A DNA stretch of 64,000 nt from an uncultured Nitrospinota bacterium (GTDB lineage Bacteria; Tectomicrobia; Entotheonellia; J063; CAVPRW01). The position numbers and the translations under genes were made by a program. Where the stretch lies: positions 1 to 64,000 of the forward strand of contig CAVPRW010000018.1 in the NCBI GenBank assembly GCA_963707985.1. The letters are read 5' to 3'. The notes beneath the pieces were generated by a model. That model did not search any database and was not told the origin of the DNA. It was given only the letters and a program-made list of their open reading frames with translations. Each line of letters begins with the position of its first letter. Positions within the stretch are counted from its first letter, which is position 1. Below are positions 60,480 through 64,000 of the stretch, piece by piece.

Positions 60480-60822
60480 ATTGACACGTGTGATCAGGAC
60501 GGTAAGGGACAGCTGGGCTTCCACGCGTACCGCATGCGGAGTACCGAAGCCGTTGGGAACCATGGGTGTGTGGTCTTCGTAGCCTCTTCGCTGTGGCACC
60601 TGACGTGTCTGCCGGCTGGACCGGATCGAACGAGGGGTCTCATCCACACCATGGGGGATGCCTGTCGGCAATAGGGGCGCGCATTGCTGCAAAAGCTGTT
60701 GATCTTTGTACATGACCAGTTGTCCGACGGCGTCACGGCTGACCATTTCTTTGCTCTATTATTCGCCAAACAGCACGGCATGGTGCCCGTGGGATTTATC
60801 TGAGTACCGAAATCATAACAGC
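60480..60822 (+). pseudogene. 3' fragment of an IS701-like transposase
   Basis: QDGKGQLGF..YRMRS.EA..H..VFVA.SL.HL..GDACRQ*GRALLQ; internal stop. Confidence 0.65.
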
Positions 60823-60856
60823 CGAGGTCCTAACACTGTCATTCAGCCTCGTTGGC

Positions 60857-61857
60857 TTAGAGACGGTCCATGGGACTGTAGACCCCTTGCCCGCCCCGGG
60901 TCAGCACGTGGGTGTAGATCATCGTCGTCTTGACATCCTGATGCCCGAGGAGTTCCTGAATGGTGCGGATGTCGTAACGATCTTCTAGGAGATTGTGGCG
61001 AACGAATGGCGGAGTGTGTGACAGCTGGCCGGCTTGGTCAGGCCTATGGGACGCGCGGCCTCTTTGATAGCTCGTTGGAGCAGCGATTCATGCAGATCAT
61101 GTCCCCGGCGCTCACCAGATCGCGGGTCCAGGCTGATCTGTGAGGATGGAAAGACCCACTGACAGCCCCATTCGCTGTTGCCGTGTGGATACTTCCGCTC
61201 CAGCGCGTTTGGCACAAAGACCCTACCGAAGCTGTGCGCCAAATCGTGCTGGTGCCGTTGGCGCACGTGTTCTAGGTGTGCCGTCAGCAAATCGTGCACA
61301 GCTGCTGGCAGCATCGTTCTCCGATCCTTGTTGCCCTTGCCTGCACGGAGTAAAATCTGGTGGCTGACGAAGTCAATATCCTGCACTCTGAGACGCAGGC
61401 ATTCCAGCAGGCGCAGGCCGGCACCATATAAGAGGCTCGCCATGATCCAATGCACGCCCTCGAGCGCACCGAGCAATGCTTTGACCTCTGGTTTAGTCAA
61501 CACGACGGGGAGACGTTGTGGACGCTTGGCGCGGGGGATGTCGTCCAACCAGCCGAGGCTCCGGCCACGGACATGACGGTACAGGAAAACCAGTGCACAC
61601 AGCGCCTGATTCTGCGTCGAAACACTCACATGCTCGTGCACGGCCAAAGCCGAGAGAAAGCGTGTGATCTCGTCCTCGCCCATCTCCAGGGGATGACGCT
61701 TTCCGTGGAACAGGATAGACCACTTGATCTAGCAGACATAAGCCTCCTCCGTCCGCACACTGTAGTGTCGCATCCGGATGGCTTCTCGGACCTGATCGAG
61801 GAGCTTGGGCCTGTGCCCTGCGGGAGCGTGAGGCACACTGACAGCAGGATGGCCCAC
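60857..61857 (-). pseudogene. intI: Integron integrase (in-frame stop near 61730, frameshift near 60990)
   Basis: PKLLDQVREAIRMRHYS.RTE.AY, STQNQAL, LYGAGLR, GKGNKDR, integron-specific insert [41 protein letters not shown]. Confidence 0.92.
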
Positions 61858-62429
61858 GTTCTTCACACGCTGCTAAGACCGCGGCTAGATCGTCAGAGAT
61901 CCCTGCTGCTGAGTGTCTGGCCTCATCTACAAGCCGGTGCGCACGTGCTGGCTCGTCTTGATTACGACCTCCCCATCGAGCTCCGCGGGCGTCCCCCTGC
62001 TCAACCCATGGCTCGGCGCCCACGATGCCGTCTCCTCCCCTGCTGATCTCCAGCGCCACCTTGTCCGCTCCCTTCACCCGGTTCTCGCTCACCCCCCTTG
62101 AAGCTCCATTCGCCGCATAACTGTCCATGGATAGCCAAATATATCAACATTTTGTTGATATCACAAGTACACATCGTAGGGATGGCCGGAGGGAGCCGAT
62201 AGGGGCCAGAGCCGTTACCTTGGAGAGGACCAGCCCGAATGAGGTCAGCAATGGGCATGGTGGGAAATCGGCGCCAGGTCACTCGCCTAATACCTGTGTA
62301 TATGGCCCGTAATTGCAAAGGTTCTTGCCTCGGTCGAGTAGACATGATCCCCTCGTGCGTAGGCCTTCGCACAAGAGTCGACAGCATGAGGACAGCAGCT
62401 ATTTGGTTCCCGTCGCGCTTGCTCGTCCT

Positions 62430-62540
62430 TCGGCCCCTCACCCGTGCCCTCTCCCAGCCTAGGAAGAGGGAGAAGGAACATCACGGATGGTTTCTCCATA
62501 CCCTGGCGCCTCTGCCCGGGAGGGTTTGGGTGAGAGTATC
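62430..62540. repeat. REP-like palindromes (CCCTCACCC..CCCTCTCCC type)
   Basis: CCCTCACCCGTGCCCTCTCCC..GAAGAGGGAG and an inverted degenerate copy; same family as 11100-11355 and about 49401-49430. Confidence 0.55.
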
Positions 62541-62557
62541 AGGGGCGCCCCCAATCA

Positions 62558-63472
62558 TTAAAACATGGCAATCGGGTTCACCGGCGAGCCGGTGCCGCCA
62601 ACGACGCGTAAGGGGGCAACGATGAGCATGAATTCGTATCTCCCCTCCCCGGCGCAGACCTCTGCCAGGGGCTGCAATAAGGCATTGTCCAGCAACCCAA
62701 TGCCATAGGCGAAAATAGCACCGTGCACCGACCATGGAATGTCATAGCCGTTGGGCATGAAGTCCATCATATCCCACACCAGTAAACAGCAGTCTGACTG
62801 ACGAATGAATTTCAGGCAGGAGGCGTGCAAGCCGGGACGACCGCGTGGATCACTCCCCCAAATGGGGTTGACTTGATCCCAGTGGTCGCGACCGCCATAA
62901 ACAATCAGGGCATCGCCAGGCTCCATGATGACGCCCTCAGCCTTGGCGATGTCTTCTAGTTCCCAACCGTGGATCGGCTTGTCCATGGTGACAAAGGGCT
63001 CTCCACGAAATTTGGGCACGTCCAGGAGCACGCCACGGGTGATGATGCCCTCTTTCCAGTGCTCGACCGATCCCCACTGCGCCCCATCGAAGGTGATCAC
63101 CTCGTCAGGATTACGGCCGTTCCACATGCCGTTGCTATCCCACACATGGCACAATGCATCGAGATGCGTGGAGGCCTGGCCATGATAGGAGACACCATAG
63201 TAGTCGGTGGCGCTGCCGCCGGTTTCCCCGCGGGCATTCCGTTTCATAAAGTGCTGCGCCGGCGTGGGATTGTTGGGTGCGGGAGTTTTGGGGAACACAC
63301 GGCTGAGCGAGACGGCGCGGCCCTTTCGCACCAGTCGAGTCGCCGCCAGTCGCTTCTCGGGCGTCACGAGATTGACGGCACCCATTTGATCGTCTTTGCC
63401 CCAACGCCCCCAGTTGCGATCTGCCTGCAGATATGCGAAGACCTCGTCTTTCGTCGGTACGCGATGTTCCAT
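62558..63472 (-). CDS. Cyclase family (kynurenine formamidase-like) metal-dependent hydrolase
   Basis: NWGRWGKDDQMGAVN, HGQASTHLDALCH, RGVLLDVP, GGTGSPVNP. Confidence 0.92.
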   Translation of the reverse strand: MEHRVPTKDEVFAYLQADRNWGRWGKDDQMGAVNLVTPEKRLAATRLVRKGRAVSLSRVFPKTPAPNNPTPAQHFMKRNARGETGGSATDYYGVSYHGQASTHLDALCHVWDSNGMWNGRNPDEVITFDGAQWGSVEHWKEGIITRGVLLDVPKFRGEPFVTMDKPIHGWELEDIAKAEGVIMEPGDALIVYGGRDHWDQVNPIWGSDPRGRPGLHASCLKFIRQSDCCLLVWDMMDFMPNGYDIPWSVHGAIFAYGIGLLDNALLQPLAEVCAGEGRYEFMLIVAPLRVVGGTGSPVNPIAMF

Positions 63473-63565
63473 GGATGGTTCTCCTCTAACCAATGTTCAA
63501 TACAGGCCATTAACCCTTCCCACGGTGATCACTACGATACTGCCCAGTCAAGCCGATCAAGCATC

Positions 63566-64000
63566 CTATCCCTGTCTCTGCAAACCCTCCTCTTTCACAG
63601 GAGAAAACGTCTCAGGCCCCGGTTCCTGAGGTCTTGAGAGCAATGGTGTGAACGCTACGACCGGCAGCCACAGCGCCAGTCCGATGGCAGCGTTGATGCC
63701 GATGGCAGCTGGCGCCCCGACCGCGGCGGACAGCGCGCCCAACTCCAGTAGGCCTAGAGGCGTGGAGCCAATACATAACCCCAGCACGCCGACGGCCCGT
63801 CCGCGCATCCCCGGCGCGGCTGCAAGCAAAATGATGGTGCTTTGCATGGTGCTGAACCCCGCATTGCCCAGCCCCGCTACGAACAGGAGGACACACGACA
63901 AGACGTACCAGGGGGAGGCGGCAAACCCCAGAAGGCTGACTAACTCGATGAGCGCCCCCAGGGCGAAGATGCGTCCATGAGCAGGAAGTTTGCCCACGGC
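63566..64000 (-). CDS. MFS transporter, C-terminal part (5' truncated by window)
   Basis: Hydrophobic helices with PGMRGRAVG loop motif. Confidence 0.8.
   Translation of the reverse strand, partial: AVGKLPAHGRIFALGALIELVSLLGFAASPWYVLSCVLLFVAGLGNAGFSTMQSTIILLAAAPGMRGRAVGVLGLCIGSTPLGLLELGALSAAVGAPAAIGINAAIGLALWLPVVAFTPLLSRPQEPGPETFSPVKEEGLQRQG

Noticed and set aside
60800..60856. attC/attI site downstream of intI (GTTAGG, GTTATG)
   Set aside because: No paired R''/R' boxes or attC hairpin; the sequence more plausibly forms the end of the IS701-like remnant.

Overview
Chromosomal window from a GC-rich diderm bacterium with a deltaproteobacteria/Tectomicrobia-like gene set (taxonomy is inference only). 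Scattered single-base indels split essential genes (dnaE, guaA, glmM, lptC, nnr), which points to long-read consensus errors rather than true pseudogenes. 1-9 kb: tail of a surface-polysaccharide cluster (GT4, methyltransferase, DegT aminotransferase, sugar transferase) interleaved with two secreted FN3 proteins. One is split by a nested IS-in-IS. The other lies behind a sigma54 promoter and a c-di-GMP-I riboswitch. 10.2-10.7 kb: an unannotated, highly structured transcription unit with an 18-nt perfect complement of the 16S rRNA 3' end and a 13-codon micro-ORF. 11-48 kb: housekeeping backbone (apt, M23 peptidase, 2x tRNA-Pro, MerR, ihfA, EF-G-like, der, amidase, ahcY, metK, rapZ, rpoN, lptBAC, tsaE, nnr, glmM, ftsH, tilS, tRNA-Met, SorC-type regulator with a divergent class V FBP aldolase/phosphatase, dnaE, guaAB, orphan mraZ head-to-head with dnaA, glgA). 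48-56 kb: FadR/GntR-headed oxalate cluster combining an oxalate oxidoreductase-like enzyme with Oxc-like and Frc genes. 56-62 kb: IS and integron-integrase remnants that all carry a strongly directional A>C / T>G substitution signature, the most unusual signal in the window. 62-64 kb: cyclase-family hydrolase and a partial MFS transporter.
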